Shown one piece after another: positions 11,682 to 24,678 of a DNA stretch of 64,000 nucleotides; the first letter of the stretch is position 1, and each line of letters begins with the position of its first letter. The notes beneath the pieces were generated by a model. That model made no database searches, was not told the origin of the DNA, and saw only the letters and a program-made list of their open reading frames with translations. The translations under genes were made by a program, and so were the position numbers. Source of the stretch: Octopus vulgaris (Eukaryota); NCBI GenBank assembly GCA_951406725.2, contig OX597814.1, positions 167,338,001 to 167,402,000 on the forward strand, written 5' to 3'.

Positions 11682-12049
11682 TTTAGAGTCAGAGAAGAGA
11701 TGGCATGTCTGAAATAATGGGCAAAGCACATTAGTATATGAGTTCTTATCAATTAGCAGAATAGTTAAAGTGTGTAGTAACGGAATGTCTCAGATATGTG
11801 AGTTGTTCTACAGTAGATTGAGATTTATTTAAAGTTTAAAGAGGGATTTAGTGACTGATCAGAAGTGATGTGTAACCAGTCATCACTCATGAATGAGTAT
11901 GGCTTGATAATATGTACCAGGCTTACACTAATTGTTTTTGGTAATTATGGAGTCACGAGTAGATACACACAACCTCTTGGTCCCCTCATGTTTGACCAAG
12001 AGGAATATCTAGAGGAGGAGAGAGCTGTACCAGTATTTGGCTGATACTC

Positions 12050-12180
12050 ATTACAGCTGAGTAGACTGGAACAACATGAAATGAAGTACCTTGCTCAAGG
12101 ACAACCTGCTTCTCAGTTCAGAAATTGAACCTATGGACTTACAGTTATGAGCTAAACATCCTAACCAGTAGGCTTCACAA
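12050..12180 (-). mobile_element. tRNA-derived SINE, family E, 5' part
   Basis: cagctgagtagactggaacaacatgaaatgaagtaccttgctcaagg shared with 30640-30986 and 61335-61587. Confidence 0.65.
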
Positions 12181-12189
12181 CTGGTCAGA

Positions 12190-12334
12190 ACTGGAAGGGC
12201 ATCCAGCTGTAGAAACACTGCCAGATCTGACTGGGCCTGGTGCAGCCTTCGGGCTCCCCAGACCCCAGTTGAACCGTCCAACCCATGCTAGCATGGAAAG
12301 CGGACGTTAAATGATGATGATGATGATGATGATG
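12190..12334 (+). mobile_element. Family-C 3' tail fragment
   Basis: Near-identical to 9361-9500. Confidence 0.85.
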
Positions 12335-12719
12335 AAAGAAAAATATTATTCTTCAGGATGAAGATTTGGCAATATTGTATCAATATAAAGGCCATGCTAT
12401 ACAAATGATGACATTGAAATAAATATACAAAGTAAAGGTTAGAAAGCAACATTACATTTGTGTGAGCAATAAAATTTGTAAAAACATTTTAATTAAAACA
12501 GTTTGGTGTAATTTGTTTTATATAAAATAACTATTTCATTGAAAAGACTGATAAATTTGAAAAGGTCAAATCGTTGAAACCAACGGCTTTAAATCAAAAG
12601 TCATGAAAACACATCATTTCCCCTTCCTTTTCTTGTTTGCAATGAAAAATGTTGGAGATAAACAAGAATTCTCATCATAATGTTTATTTCACCTATGTTA
12701 TGTAAAAGATATTAATTTA

Positions 12720-13845
12720 TAAATGTAGTCACTGAGATGCTGAATATATTTAGCATGGTCACTGAGATGCTGAAAATATCTGGCAAAGCTGGGTTTACAC
12801 AAGTCATTCACACTGTCAGTTGTGCACTTCAAGAAGGGGTCATCTTCAATGACTGACAAAGCAGTATCATCATCAACTGTGACAAGGCCAAAGGAGTTGG
12901 TCTAGAAAAAAGCAGCTATAGCAGTATCAAACTGATGGCCCTAATTATGAAAGTAACAGAAAGAGTTATAGCCCAACTGATTACAAAAAGATGAGTTGTA
13001 CAATAGATACGTATCTGAATAAGGTACTATTGATGCTCTATTCCTAGTGAAATAACAACATGAAAAGTTCTTAGCTAAAAATAAGCCACTATACCTAGCA
13101 TTTGTTGTTTTAGAGAAGGTCTTTGAAAGAGTACCAAGTTCATAGTGTAGTGACCACTAAGGAAACTTAGCAAAGATGAATGGCTTGAGAGAGTTATGCA
13201 AGTCTTGTACAGAGACGCTGTCAGCAAGATGAGAGGTGGTAGTAAATTTGGCAAATAACTTATTGTACAAGTATGTGTCTAAAAGGTCTCAGTTCTCACT
13301 TCCAGTTATGTTTTATCATTGTTCTCCAGACCATAACAGAGTGGTTTAAAACCAGCTGTCCATGCAAACACCTGTATGCTGATGATTAAACAGATTTTTC
13401 TGAATTTATTAGTGATTTTGAAAAAATCCAGATGTTTTCCAGTAAAAGTAAACTAATCAAAGAAAAAGTTTCAGATACCAGGAAAGAAGACAAATCTCTG
13501 TTGACACCTAAAACGTGATCATGCTTGACATACAGAAAGGGAATGCAAAGGAATTCGATGTGGTGTACCCATTGTAAACTCTTGGTGCACAAAAGGTGTA
13601 ATGGGATCGTGAATAATAGAGAATGAAGACTTCTTTGCATTAAAAGCATGAGTAGTTAGCAGTAAGTACACTCGTGAAATAAATTCTTCAAATGCTCAGA
13701 AGACTCCATAGAAATATTGAGAGTATCTCTTATCTAGGTGACTTACTTATTAGTGGTGGTGTGTGCTTTAGAAACTCAGCTACCAGAGTAAGAGTAGCAG
13801 GGAAATAGTCTAGGAAGTTATTAGCTCAACTGGTAACAAAGGGAC
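12720..13845 (+). mobile_element. Decayed RTE-clade LINE reverse transcriptase
   Basis: 'YSSIKLMALIMKVTERVIAQLI', 'GTIDALFLV..HEKFLAKNKPLYLAFVVLEKVFERVP', 'LYADD', Cys-rich insert 'CTHCKLLVHKRCNGI', 'YLGDL'; many stops and frameshifts. Confidence 0.85.
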
Positions 13846-14819
13846 AGCAAAGGAAATATATCTAAACCCATATTACAAATAGATGAGCAAATACCTTACC
13901 CCCTGACAGTACCAATCTATAACACCTTGCTTTTATTGTACAATGAGGAAGAAAATAATTATAGTTGAACAGAGAGGTAAAGATCACAGGTGAAGAAGAC
14001 TCAGTACAAAGCAACAAAAATAGGTGAGGAAAAACAATTTCTTCCAAACAACAAGAAAATCCATCCCCAGGAAAACACATCAAATGGGAACTAAGATTCA
14101 CCTTTCTTCAAAATCACACGCAGTTAATAGACTATATTATGCATCGTTCCAAAAAATGGTAAACACAAAAATAATTTGCTTCAGAATTTAAACAACATGC
14201 AAAAGATAGATTACATGTGAAATTAAATTTAAGCTATAACAAACTTAAAAAGAGAATGCCCAGAAGATGTTGGTGTGTTCAACACACATATTGCAAAAGA
14301 TGCTTACTAGTGCATTCAGTTGCACTCAAACACAATTTGAGAAATGATTGAATAAATGTAAGAGGTTGTGAAGTTTTCTAAGTGAATTTAACCAGAAAGC
14401 CTTCTGGTTTTATTTCTTTAAATTATATCTTGTTTTAATCATTGTGTTTTATTGTACTTTTATTACATTTATTTCCATGCAAATATATGAATGTATGCAT
14501 ATGTATATGTCTGGGTATGTGTGCATATGTGTGTACAAGTATTCATGTGTATATTTGTGTGTGAGTGTATGTGTGTATGCATGCATATATATGTATGTGC
14601 ATATCTATACATGTGTGTGTGCATGCGCCTTTACAATTCTTAATACATCCAGCTAAATATTGCATAATATCCCTTACCTCATTCTCTTTGTACACTGTAA
14701 ATGTGTTTATTTATTTATTTTTTTCCTTTTACACTCCATATTTTCCTCTTTTCCTTTGTAACTGCTAGTGAAGGTTTTTTTTTGTATTTCTTCATACTCT
14801 TGTGGCTAATAGACAAAAG

Positions 14820-14859
14820 ATCATCATCATCATCATCGCCATCATCATCTTCATCATCG

Positions 14860-14894
<35 letters not shown>

Positions 14895-14915
14895 ATTATT
14901 ATTATTATTATTATA
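14820..14915. repeat. (ATC)n(GTT)n(ATT)n microsatellite
   Basis: Directly visible. Confidence 0.95.
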
Positions 14916-15591
14916 ATTACACTAAAAAAATTTATCATTCAAAAATGTTTTTTAAAAAACCCATTCAATCAGATGTATCCAGTTACTCTTTTACCAATGG
15001 CAAATATAAATTATTTCTTCCTGATTTGATATATATAAATATCCATCCTTTAGTATCTTTTTTCTAAAATTTCTGTCAACTTACATGTAAAAGAGAAAAA
15101 CAAAATAAAAACAGCCATTCTTTCATAATGCTTTTTTAGAAATAACTTATATTGAATTTCTTCATAGCAAATATGCTTTCAAATATGTATTTGGAATATG
15201 TTGTTTTTCAAATTCCAGTCTATGTTTTCAAAATATATAGTCTTTTCATATTTTATCGCTAACCTCACAATTTATGAACCACAAGGAACATCTAGTGCTT
15301 CTCATGAAAATTATGGTTAACAAGCAGTAGCCATGGAATTTTGAAGATAGTTGAAAGTTTATTGAGAACTATGAAATATATAAAGTCTTTGGAAATTGTA
15401 TTTTGTTTGAAACATTTAATTTTTTAGATCATTAAAAGTCCACATAGATATTGAATATGTAGTCTTAGGAAACATCTCCAAATGTTATATTTCTCATTAT
15501 ATATAATGTAACTTTGGTAAATATATCTATTAAAATGAGAGGTCAGTGTTATTTTCATTTTTGGGAATTTAGACAAGAGTTTATTCACTGC

Positions 15592-15595
<4 letters not shown>

Positions 15596-15637
<42 letters not shown>

Positions 15638-15775
15638 CATACATACATAATACATACATGCATACACATATATATTTATGTATGCATGTATATATGTATA
15701 TATATATACACATACATACATATACACATACACACATATATACAAATACATATGTGTACATACACACACACACAC

Positions 15776-15834
<59 letters not shown>

Positions 15835-15845
15835 AGTATGTATGT
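15596..15845. repeat. (TA)n/(CATA)n microsatellite
   Basis: Directly visible. Confidence 0.95.
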
Positions 15846-15879
15846 ATACCTAATACACCGTTCTGTCTGAAGTATTAGA

Positions 15880-16750
15880 ATTGACCAAGTCTAGGATCTT
15901 AGAATCTTTACATTTCTTTTTTTGTCCACTACAGTCATATCTCGTCTCCTTACTCCAATAGTACGGATAGTCTTTATTGAGAAACCCCACAAAATCCTGT
16001 AATTGTCATTCACGATCACAGCCTCTGGTTCATGTGCATAAAACATTTCAGTCACTTTGAATTCAAACACTCAGCTAACATGTAATGAAATTTTTATCAA
16101 CATAGCCATGCCTAAGCTTATACTCTTTTTGTGCTAGTTTACTGCATTCGCTTAAGAGATAATTGATACTTTCAACTTCTTTTCCACAGACTCTGCACTC
16201 GCCCTCTGAGTTTTATCAATTTTTGTTTTTATCTAGTTTGTTCTAATGACTTCCTCCCGAGCAGCTAGAATCAACAATTTATTTCCTCATTTCAGGATGT
16301 CATCTGCCAGCCATAAGCAGTGTTCTTTACCTCCTACATCTTTGGTTTATTGCATGAGCTGATCATGCAATTTCTTCTCTTTCCAACAATAAATCCTTGT
16401 TCTTTTCTTCTATTCTCAAATTCTCTGGCTGCTTTAGTGACATTTTAGATATTTCTAATTCCAGACAGCATTCTTTCTTCACTATGTTCAGCATAATTTT
16501 TCAAACCCAATATCATATTACTGACAGTGTCTTCTGTGTTTAACAAACCCCTGCCTCAACCTCTTTCTTGGTCAGTAGAACCTGTCGATATTACTTTTAG
16601 AGTGATGATCACTGCATATTGAAAGCAGGTCCCTAGTTCTATCTGGTTCCTGTAGCTCTGTCTATATTCACTTTAGAAAGCAAGCAGAGTGTCTCTGCAC
16701 TGGTGTGGCATGTATTGATTGTCTTGACAGCATTTCCTCCATTTAGTTTA
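15880..16750 (-). mobile_element. Decayed R4/Dong-like non-LTR element (RT C-terminus and restriction-like endonuclease)
   Basis: 'KLNGGNAVKTINT', 'DHHSKSNIDRFY.PRK', 'HEPEAVIVNDNYRILWGFSIKT..RRRDMTVVDKK' (cf. ILWDF.IQTD..RPDIVV). Confidence 0.8.
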
Positions 16751-17877
16751 CACAACCATGCCAGCACCATTTCCACTACCACCACCACCATCACCACCAC
16801 TACTGCTACTGTTATCATCACAATGCAGCAGCAGCATTATTGTAAGATTTTTCATCATCATTGTGTGTGTGTATGTATGTGTGTGTGTGTGTGTGTGATA
16901 TGATACTGATGATGACAATAACAATGATGAAAATAGACACAACGACAATAATGATGATGACGTGGTGTGATGACGATGGCAGTAGTAGTGGTGATGGTGA
17001 TGGTGCTGGTGTCGGTGGTGATAACTAGATTTAATAAAAATATTGAAGATCTGTCAAGAGATTTAAGACGACTAAGAGGATATTTTCATTTATATTTTCA
17101 TTGAATTAAATACCATAACACACTGAACAAGTACACTCTACTACACACTGTAGTATGCACTACTACCCAAATAATATGTAGTACATTGTACCACACAAAT
17201 ATGAAGGTACACAGCTGGAACACCTTCAACCACAGTTCTGTTCAATCAAGGCTGACAACGACAGAATAAATGTGGTTAAATCATAGGTAGAAACGGAATG
17301 ATAAATTTCATTTTCTTTATCTTCTTTTTTCTTCAAACTCTGTCTCATGTATCTTTTTAAATATTTTTTTCTCGCCATCTCATTTTGTAATATAATAATG
17401 TACTTTTATTTTATAGCTTTCATGTTTTTCATTTTCTCTTTTTTCTCTGTTTTATATTTTCAAACTTCTAACACTTTTTTTTCCTTTTAATTCCCTTTTC
17501 CTGTATATTCTGACATATTTTGTATCATTTTTCTGTATTCAGATTATCTTTTTATATTTCTTTTCAAAAAGGAATGCCTGGAAGACATTTTAGTTTAAGA
17601 ACATAATCTTTCTGATAGTTTAATTATCTTTCAGTTTGTAGTATGCTTTTGTAGCCTTGTAAATTTATAGTAATGTGTGAGCAATTATACCTGATGTAGT
17701 AAGCTAAGAAATTTTGATTAATTGAAATTACTCTTTTAGTGATAAGAATGAAACATTATCAAAATAATTACTTCAGATCAAAAAAGCAAGAGTGACAATC
17801 CTGAAATTTTAAATTAATTAAAATCAATTAAATATAAAACTCATTGAAGAGTTAGTTTTGTCATATAGTAGTATAGT

Positions 17878-17928
17878 GACAACTCCAGACATATTTCTCT
17901 CTTATTGGACCTCATCAGCAAAGCAGTC
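17878..17928 (-). ncRNA. Decayed hammerhead-ribozyme motif
   Basis: gacugcuuug-CUGAUGA-gguccaauaagaga-GAAA-UAUG-UC-uggaguuguc; core intact, helix I pairs with wobbles, helix II disrupted. Confidence 0.4.
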
Positions 17929-18424
17929 TCCTTATAACTGCAAGATAGGATTCCTATTCACTATATTTCACACTTAAACTTAATTAATCAAAATTTCAAG
18001 ATTGTTTTCCCTACCACCATTTTTCTTTACCTCAATTAGTCATTTAGATGATAAATTGTTCTTACCACTATGGGGAAGATTTTAATTAATAAAAAATTTA
18101 TTAGCTTACTACATAATGTATGCTAGCATTCACTTTGCTATTAAGTTTTCATGCAGCAGGCATTACTGAGTTTTTTTTCCTTGGTATTAATGTGTATTAC
18201 AGTTGTAAGTTAAATAATGATATCAAACATACAACTCTGAAAACAAAGAAAGAAAGAGAAAACCTACTATGGTTGTATGTATAACTGATGTAAACAAGAG
18301 TTAAATAGCCATAAGATTAAGTAGCAAAGGCCCTAGTATTGAAGCATGAGGCACCTCACAAGTGAAGACTGAGAAATTAGAAAAGTAACAAATTGACAGT
18401 TTGATGTCATTGTCATCGTCATGT

Positions 18425-18990
18425 GACGATGGAGGCAGTGGCAGTGGTGGAAGTGGTGACAGCAGTGGCAACAGTGGTGGCGGCAGTGATTTCAGTGACA
18501 GTGGCAGTGGTGGTGGCAGTGGTGGTAGTAGCGGTGGTGGCAACACCGGCAGTAACATCCATAGCAGTGGCAGCAGCAGATGCAACAGCAATAACAAAGC
18601 AGTAACAACAGTAGCAGCAGCAGTAATGGTAGTGGCAGCAGCAGTGGAGGTAGCAGCAGTGTTAGCAGTGGCAGTACCAAAAGCAACAGCAGCAAATGGC
18701 AGCAGTGGCAATAGCAGCAGCAGCAATGGCAGTGGTGGCAACAGCAGCAGCAGCAACGACAGCAGTGACAACAGCAGCAATGGCAACAGCAGTGGCAATG
18801 GCAGCAGTAGCAAATGTGGTGGCAATGGTGGCAGCAGCAATGGTGGTGGCAGCAATGTCAATACCAGCAATGGATGCTGTTGCAGTAACTGTGACAGTGG
18901 CAACGGGAGCACAACAGTGACTGCAGTGATAGAGGCAGCAGCTGCAGTAGCAGCAGCAGTGGCAGCAACAACCACAGCAGTGGTGGAAGT
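18425..18990. repeat. Degenerate (GCA)n/(GTG)n/(GCAGTG) trinucleotide array
   Basis: Directly visible; accounts for the Ser/Gly- and Leu/Pro-rich ORFs. Confidence 0.9.
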
Positions 18991-19014
18991 GTTCTAATCT
19001 GCCAATCCAGCTTA

Positions 19015-19185
19015 GGTTGGATGGATTATCACTAATTCAATCAGTTCTTATTCAGAGTTGCTGCTTTCTCAAGCATACTTCCTCACTCATACATGTTAAT
19101 TTGGCATGGTTTCTATTACTCTTTATGCCTTTCCTAACACCAACCATTTTACAGAGTGTACTGGTTGCATTTTATCATGGCACAA
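19015..19185 (-). mobile_element. Degenerate family-C tail
   Basis: ggttggatgg...ttggcatggtttcta...tgcctttcctaacaccaacc, reverse complement of the family-C tail. Confidence 0.55.
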
Positions 19186-19535
19186 ATGATAGAGGTTGTC
19201 TTGTTTCCAAAGGCAAAACTAAAGGGTCTTCTTGACCTTACATCATCTCTGCTCACCAACCCATTTACTGAATGTTCTCAGTACATTTCATCATGGTACA
19301 AGACTACAGAGATTGTCATCCTCCATTCAAGACAACTTGATTCTACCCTACCGCCATTAACCCCATCTTGGTCACACAATCTTGAATGAACCCATTATTG
19401 ATAATTTTTTTAAAATGAGAATTCCGAACAGCAATATCACTGTGAATAATATCCAATAAAATCTCAAAATTAATGGTGTCAAAAGTATTGGAGGATCCAG
19501 TAAAGAAATCATTCCATGCTTATTGACATTAGCAA

Positions 19536-19810
19536 AGGCACATGGCCAAGTGGTCAGAATGTTAGATTCATGGTCACAAGATCACTGTTTCAATTACCAG
19601 CCAAGGTGATGCATTGCACTCTTGAGCAAAACACTTCATTTCATGTTGTTCTAGGCCACTCAGTTGTAATTGAGATCCAGTAATACCTGGAAAGTTAAGT
19701 CTGTAATGGATTAGTGACCCATTCAGTACGAGAAGGCTGTAATCACAATCACTTATATGCAATGGTAACTATATTTAGCTCAAGTGGCCTTATGAGTCCT
19801 ACAGGACAGA
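19536..19810 (+). mobile_element. tRNA-derived SINE, family E
   Basis: ggcacatggccaagtggtcag head; cttgagcaaaacacttcatttcatgttg core. Confidence 0.65.
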
Positions 19811-20006
19811 CCTAAGTAAGTTATCAGAAATTTCAAAAGAAGTGACAATTGTTAATCAAATCAGTAACAGTCATTTTTATTTAACCTCATTAAAACTATT
19901 GTTAGTAATACTTTAGAAAAGGGTATGTTGCTGGTGTTGAATAATTCACTTCTGATGAGTATTTTTGTTGGCATACAATGTTGGATTCAAAATTTCCTGT
20001 CAAAAA

Positions 20007-20220
20007 AGTGGCTAGCTGGCAGAATAAGTAGCATGCTGGGCAAAATGTATAGTGGCATTTCAACCATCTTTATGCTCTCAGTTCAAATTCCACTGAGGTT
20101 GACTTTACCTTTCATCAATAAAATAGGTATCAGTTGAAAACTGGGGGGGGGGGTGTCAATGTAACCAACTTATCCCCTCCCCTGAAATTGCTGACTTTGT
20201 GGAAAAATTGGAAATCAATA
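20007..20220 (+). mobile_element. Family-A SINE
   Basis: gctagctggcagaat...gttcaaattccactgaggttgacttt. Confidence 0.75.
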
Positions 20221-20938
20221 TTTCCTGTCAAATCTGCTTAATACTGGGCTAACTGGATTGACTCCCTGGCCCAAAAGAGCTTCATGATTTTCACCAATTT
20301 TTATTACCTTCATTATATAAAAAAGATTCATTATATAAGAAAGATTCTTCTACTAGATGCTGGTTGCAATATGTAAGAAAAAACTCATTTCTGGTGACCA
20401 AATCTTGTGGGAAGATGGAGAATTCTCAAAAATCCTTCAAATTTAATGGAAAGATAGCTGAAAAACAAAGTACAAAAATGCTTCCATTTAATTAGAGGAT
20501 GATTGTGTAAAAATTAAAATATCAAAAGACTTGTAACTGAAAAACTTGTCCAATATGCTAAATCTACCATACATGAAGAGTTTGCCACCAATGCAACAAA
20601 TATTACACTTCCTTAATTCTCTGAGCAAGGCAATGTAGATATTTAACTTTTGATGACAACTCACTTGAAACTGTCATTGGTTCTATGATAAAAAACTAAC
20701 AATTTTTAAGTATTTGTCTTCAAATTAATATCTTCCATTGCAACTTCATGCAAGAACCCTTTGCTAAACTATGTCCCAAACACTAAATTAATAATGTAAT
20801 TACTTAATTTTATAAATCTTGATTATTTCTAAAATTAAATAGAGCACACAAGGTGTGTGTATCAGCTCACTTGAAGCATTGTGAAATAATAAAGAAAGGA
20901 AGACAGAATACAGAGATCTCTTTGCAGAGTTCCTTATA

Positions 20939-21809
20939 TGTGGTCTGATCAATAAGTATCCGGGCTGTTGCTATAGTAACAAAGCCAAAGCACAGAGAGT
21001 GGTACAGATTGACCTTAAACTCTGCAGTGTTTGTGCACTAAGTTTTAATGTTCTATCTCACTTCTGCTGTTTACAGCAGTACTTGGAAGGAATGTGTGTA
21101 GCATGTGATCATCGCATTGAACATGACAGAAGATGAGCAGAGGCTCTGCATCAAATTTTCTCAAAAGCTTGACAATACCTGCTCAGAGGCCTATGCAAAG
21201 TTTTCAAAAGGTTTTCACCATTCTCGACACAATCAAGGAGATCTTGTGCAACTGAAATCTGAGTGTCTTTTTGGTCAGCTGAAAGCAGTTTTGGCACAAA
21301 CTTGGCAGACATATTTCATATCCAAAACTTAAGTGAAAATGAACTGAACTAAACAGTAACTAATCTGCACATCCCCTGATAATTCATAGATGGTGATTCA
21401 ACAATTTCCCCTCACAGCTGCATGCTCATCTGCGACGTTTTTCTCAGTTCTGCTGGTTGCAGGTCTCCCAGAATGTTTGTCAATGTCAACATTTTTTTGG
21501 CCATCTTGGAAACGTCTGAACCACTTGTACACTTGTGTGCGGATCCTACACTACTCTCCATAGACTTTCTACAACTTTGTGTCGGCCTCTGAGCAGGTAT
21601 CGTCATGACAACTTTCTCTGTCATGGTCAATGCAACAATTACACACTACACACCTTCCTTCCAAGCACTGCTGTAAACATCAGAAGTGAGCTAGGATGTT
21701 AAAACTTAGTATACAGGGTTCAAAGTCAATCTGTGCCAAGCAGGTTCACTCTGCATGCTTTAGCATCCTTCCTATGGCAACAGTCTGGATACTTATTGAT
21801 CAGATCTTG
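20939..21809. mobile_element. Non-autonomous mariner element with long (~170 bp) TIRs
   Basis: TA flanks; ggtctgatcaataagtatcc...ggatacttattgatcagatc; internal 'EQRLCIKFSQKL'; same family as 45409-46095. Confidence 0.85.
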
Positions 21810-22324
21810 TATATTTTAGGTGAATGATCCAGCAACTGCTAGCTTCTAATAATTCGCAACTGTTTTACCTGAAATATATAAGGAATTAATACATCTTTAA
21901 TCCTCTCTTTGCATTTTAAGATTCTTTCTATGTTATTTCTTTCTGTAATATCAGAAATAAGTTTGAGAAAGGGGTAAAAAAATTCAGAAATTCTCTCAAA
22001 GAAAAAAACCCTTATATCAAAAATATTTTATCCACATTTTTTTCCTCTGTAGATATATCTACTTGTGTTCTATTCATTATAGAAAAAAGAATGTAAAGCA
22101 TTTCCTATATATATATTTTGATTTACTTGACTAAAGGCACAATCAATTTAAAGAAAGTGGTTTAAGTCTATGCTCTTGTTCTTCAATAAATGTGAATTTA
22201 CACTATGTTCATATTTATGCATAAGTAATTCCATTTGCAGGCCCAGGGCAGAACTAATTTCAATAAGGAATCCTTTTATAAATTAAGATTTTCATCCCAT
22301 GAATAACAACAGCTATTATTTTAT

Positions 22325-22570
22325 TGTTGTTGTTGGTGGTGGTGGTGGTGGTGGCAGCAGTGGTGGTTGTGGTGATGGTGGTGGTGGTGGTGGTGGCAGC
22401 GGCAGCAGCAGTAACAGCAGCAGCAGCAACAGCAGTAGTAGTGGTGGTGGCTGTGGTGATGGTGATTGTGGTGATGGTGGTGGTGGTGGTGGTGGTGGCG
22501 GCGGCGGCGGCAGCAGTAACAGCAGCAGTACCAACAGCAGTAGTAGTGGTGGTGGTGGTAGTAGTAGCAG
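22325..22570. repeat. (GGT)n/(GCA)n/(AGT)n microsatellite
   Basis: Directly visible. Confidence 0.95.
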
Positions 22571-22619
22571 TATTTTATTAACATGCCTTCATTACACATC
22601 TGAATGCAATTCTGTGTTT

Positions 22620-23800
22620 TCTGGGTATATGCAGATGTTACATTTTGCTTTGCCTTTGTGGGGGATTTTAATGTATTGAGAACATTCTATATAACTGTCT
22701 TAAAGAGTTTGTTACTCTGTATGTTGTATACAGGTGTAAGTCTTGGGGTTAAGTTAGTTATTTACCTACATCTGATTTAATCATTCTCAAGGCATATACT
22801 ACTATAAGTAGTGTTTCTGTTTTCTGTCTCTATCTTCTGGTTATATCTCATTCTCGATTTTTTCATTTAAATGTTTCATTTCTTTTAGACATATATTGTT
22901 GCCTGCTGAATATGACATAATTTGGATCTATTTCTTTTCCTCATAATCCTTGGCAATAATCAAGCAGAAATGAATTGGCATGTCCCAGAGTATTGCCACT
23001 TTGCCGTTCTCCAAGAACTTTTGTAATGCATGTTTGATCTCTATTCTGAAATTAATTTTGCAATACTGGTATAATTTCCAGTCTATGAATGCTTCAGCCT
23101 GTAAATACATACATACATGCATGCATACATACATTTTAAGGTGGCGAGCGGGCAGAATTGTTAGCAAGACGGGCAAAATGCTTAGCAGTATTTCATCTGT
23201 CTTTACGTTCTGTGTTCAAATTCCGCCAAGGTCGACTTTGCCTTCTATCCTTTCGGGGTTGATTAAATAAGTACCTGTTATACACTGGTGTCAATCTCAT
23301 CGACTTAATCCTTTTTTTCTGTCCTTGTTTGTCCCTCTATGTTGAACCCCTTATTTAATCGACCCCGAAAGGATGAAAGGCAAAGTCGACCTCGGTGGAA
23401 TTCGAACTCAAAACATAGCGGCAGACGAAATACCACTGAGCATTTCACCCTGCAAGCTAACGTTTCTGCCAGCTTGCCACCTTAGCACATATGTAAATAT
23501 TGCAAAACTTTTGACTTACCTCAATTGTATAACTTATCATTGAAACAGCTACAGTACTGATGCATTTTGCCTTATTCTTTACATTTAGCTCTATTTTTAA
23601 GTATAAACCTAAAGCTTCTATAAAATCTCTTCTTTGACATTTCCTACTACTTCGTAGTCTGTATAATTCATTAACTCTTAAATATTTGTAAATCTGTGTT
23701 TTGTCTAATTCTTTAATCTTTATTTCTTTATCTAACATGATGTTGGTGGAGTTAATTACAAATTACTTTGCTTCATTTCTTTTTAATACCAAATTTCCTG
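22620..23800 (-). mobile_element. Decayed R4/Dong-like non-LTR element, interrupted by SINEs
   Basis: 'IKELDKTQIYKYLRVNE...KIELNVKNKAKCISTVAVSMISYT' and 'LENGKVAILWDMPIH..IIAKDYEEKK'. Confidence 0.8.
23137..23484. mobile_element. Two family-A SINEs fused tail-to-tail
   Basis: + copy 23137-~23350; - copy ~23350-23484 (cttatttaatcgaccccgaaagg...ctgccagcttgccacctta). Confidence 0.9.
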
Positions 23801-24030
23801 TGAATTGCACAACTGTAATTGTGTAATGCAGACTCAAAGGAATCGTTAACAGGGCCTTTGAGTACACAAGACAATACAAGCAATCGCAAGCAGATAAAGA
23901 CGTGGGATGTTCTAACCCAAATTAGCCAGTAATGTTTCTTCTATTTCATTTTAATTTTGTTTTAATAATTGTGTTTTATATAGCTTTTTATTTACTTGTG
24001 GAAAAATGAATACATGTGTGTTTTGTTTGT

Positions 24031-24072
<42 letters not shown>

Positions 24073-24177
24073 GCCACCATCATATTGTTTTAGCATCTAC
24101 TTTTCCATCCTTGCATGGTATATATATATACACGTATACACACACACACACACACACATAAATGCATACAAATATAC

Positions 24178-24215
<38 letters not shown>

Positions 24216-24325
24216 ATTTAATTATATAAATATAATTATAAAATTATAAGGGTAGCTACTGAGTAATGCCACATACTAGAAGAAGACGCCAAATGACCCT
24301 AAAACTACCTTATTTATCACATAGA

Positions 24326-24678
24326 CATGGGCTATGGCTTCAGTCCCACTGCATTGCACTTTGGGCAGGTGCCTTCTACTATAGCCTCAGGCTGACCAAA
24401 GCCTTGTGAGTGGATTTAGTTGATGGAAACTGAAAGAAGCCCATCATATATATGTGTGGGTGTGTATGTATATCTTTGTGTGTCTGTGTTTGTCCTTCCC
24501 CCACCATTGCTTGACAACTGATGCTAGTGTGTTTTCGTCCTTGTAACTTGGCTGTTCAGCAAAAGAGAGTGACAGAATAAGTACTAGGCCTGCAAAGAAT
24601 AAGTTTTGGGATTGATTTGTTTGACTAAAGGCGGTGCTCCAGCATAGCCGAAGTCAAATGACTGAAACAAACAAAAGA
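24326..24678 (+). mobile_element. Family-B SINE (5' truncated)
   Basis: cagtcccactgc...ctttgggcagg...ccaaagccttgtgagtgg...atgactgaaacaa. Confidence 0.8.

Larger units (their letters stand above)
17950..20300 (-). mobile_element. Decayed L2/CR1-type LINE RT, split by a trinucleotide expansion and SINEs
   Basis: 'FTCEVPHASILGPLLL' (cf. GVPQGSILGPLLF) at ~18310-18370; 'FDTINFEILLD' at ~19450-19490; boundaries approximate. Confidence 0.6.
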
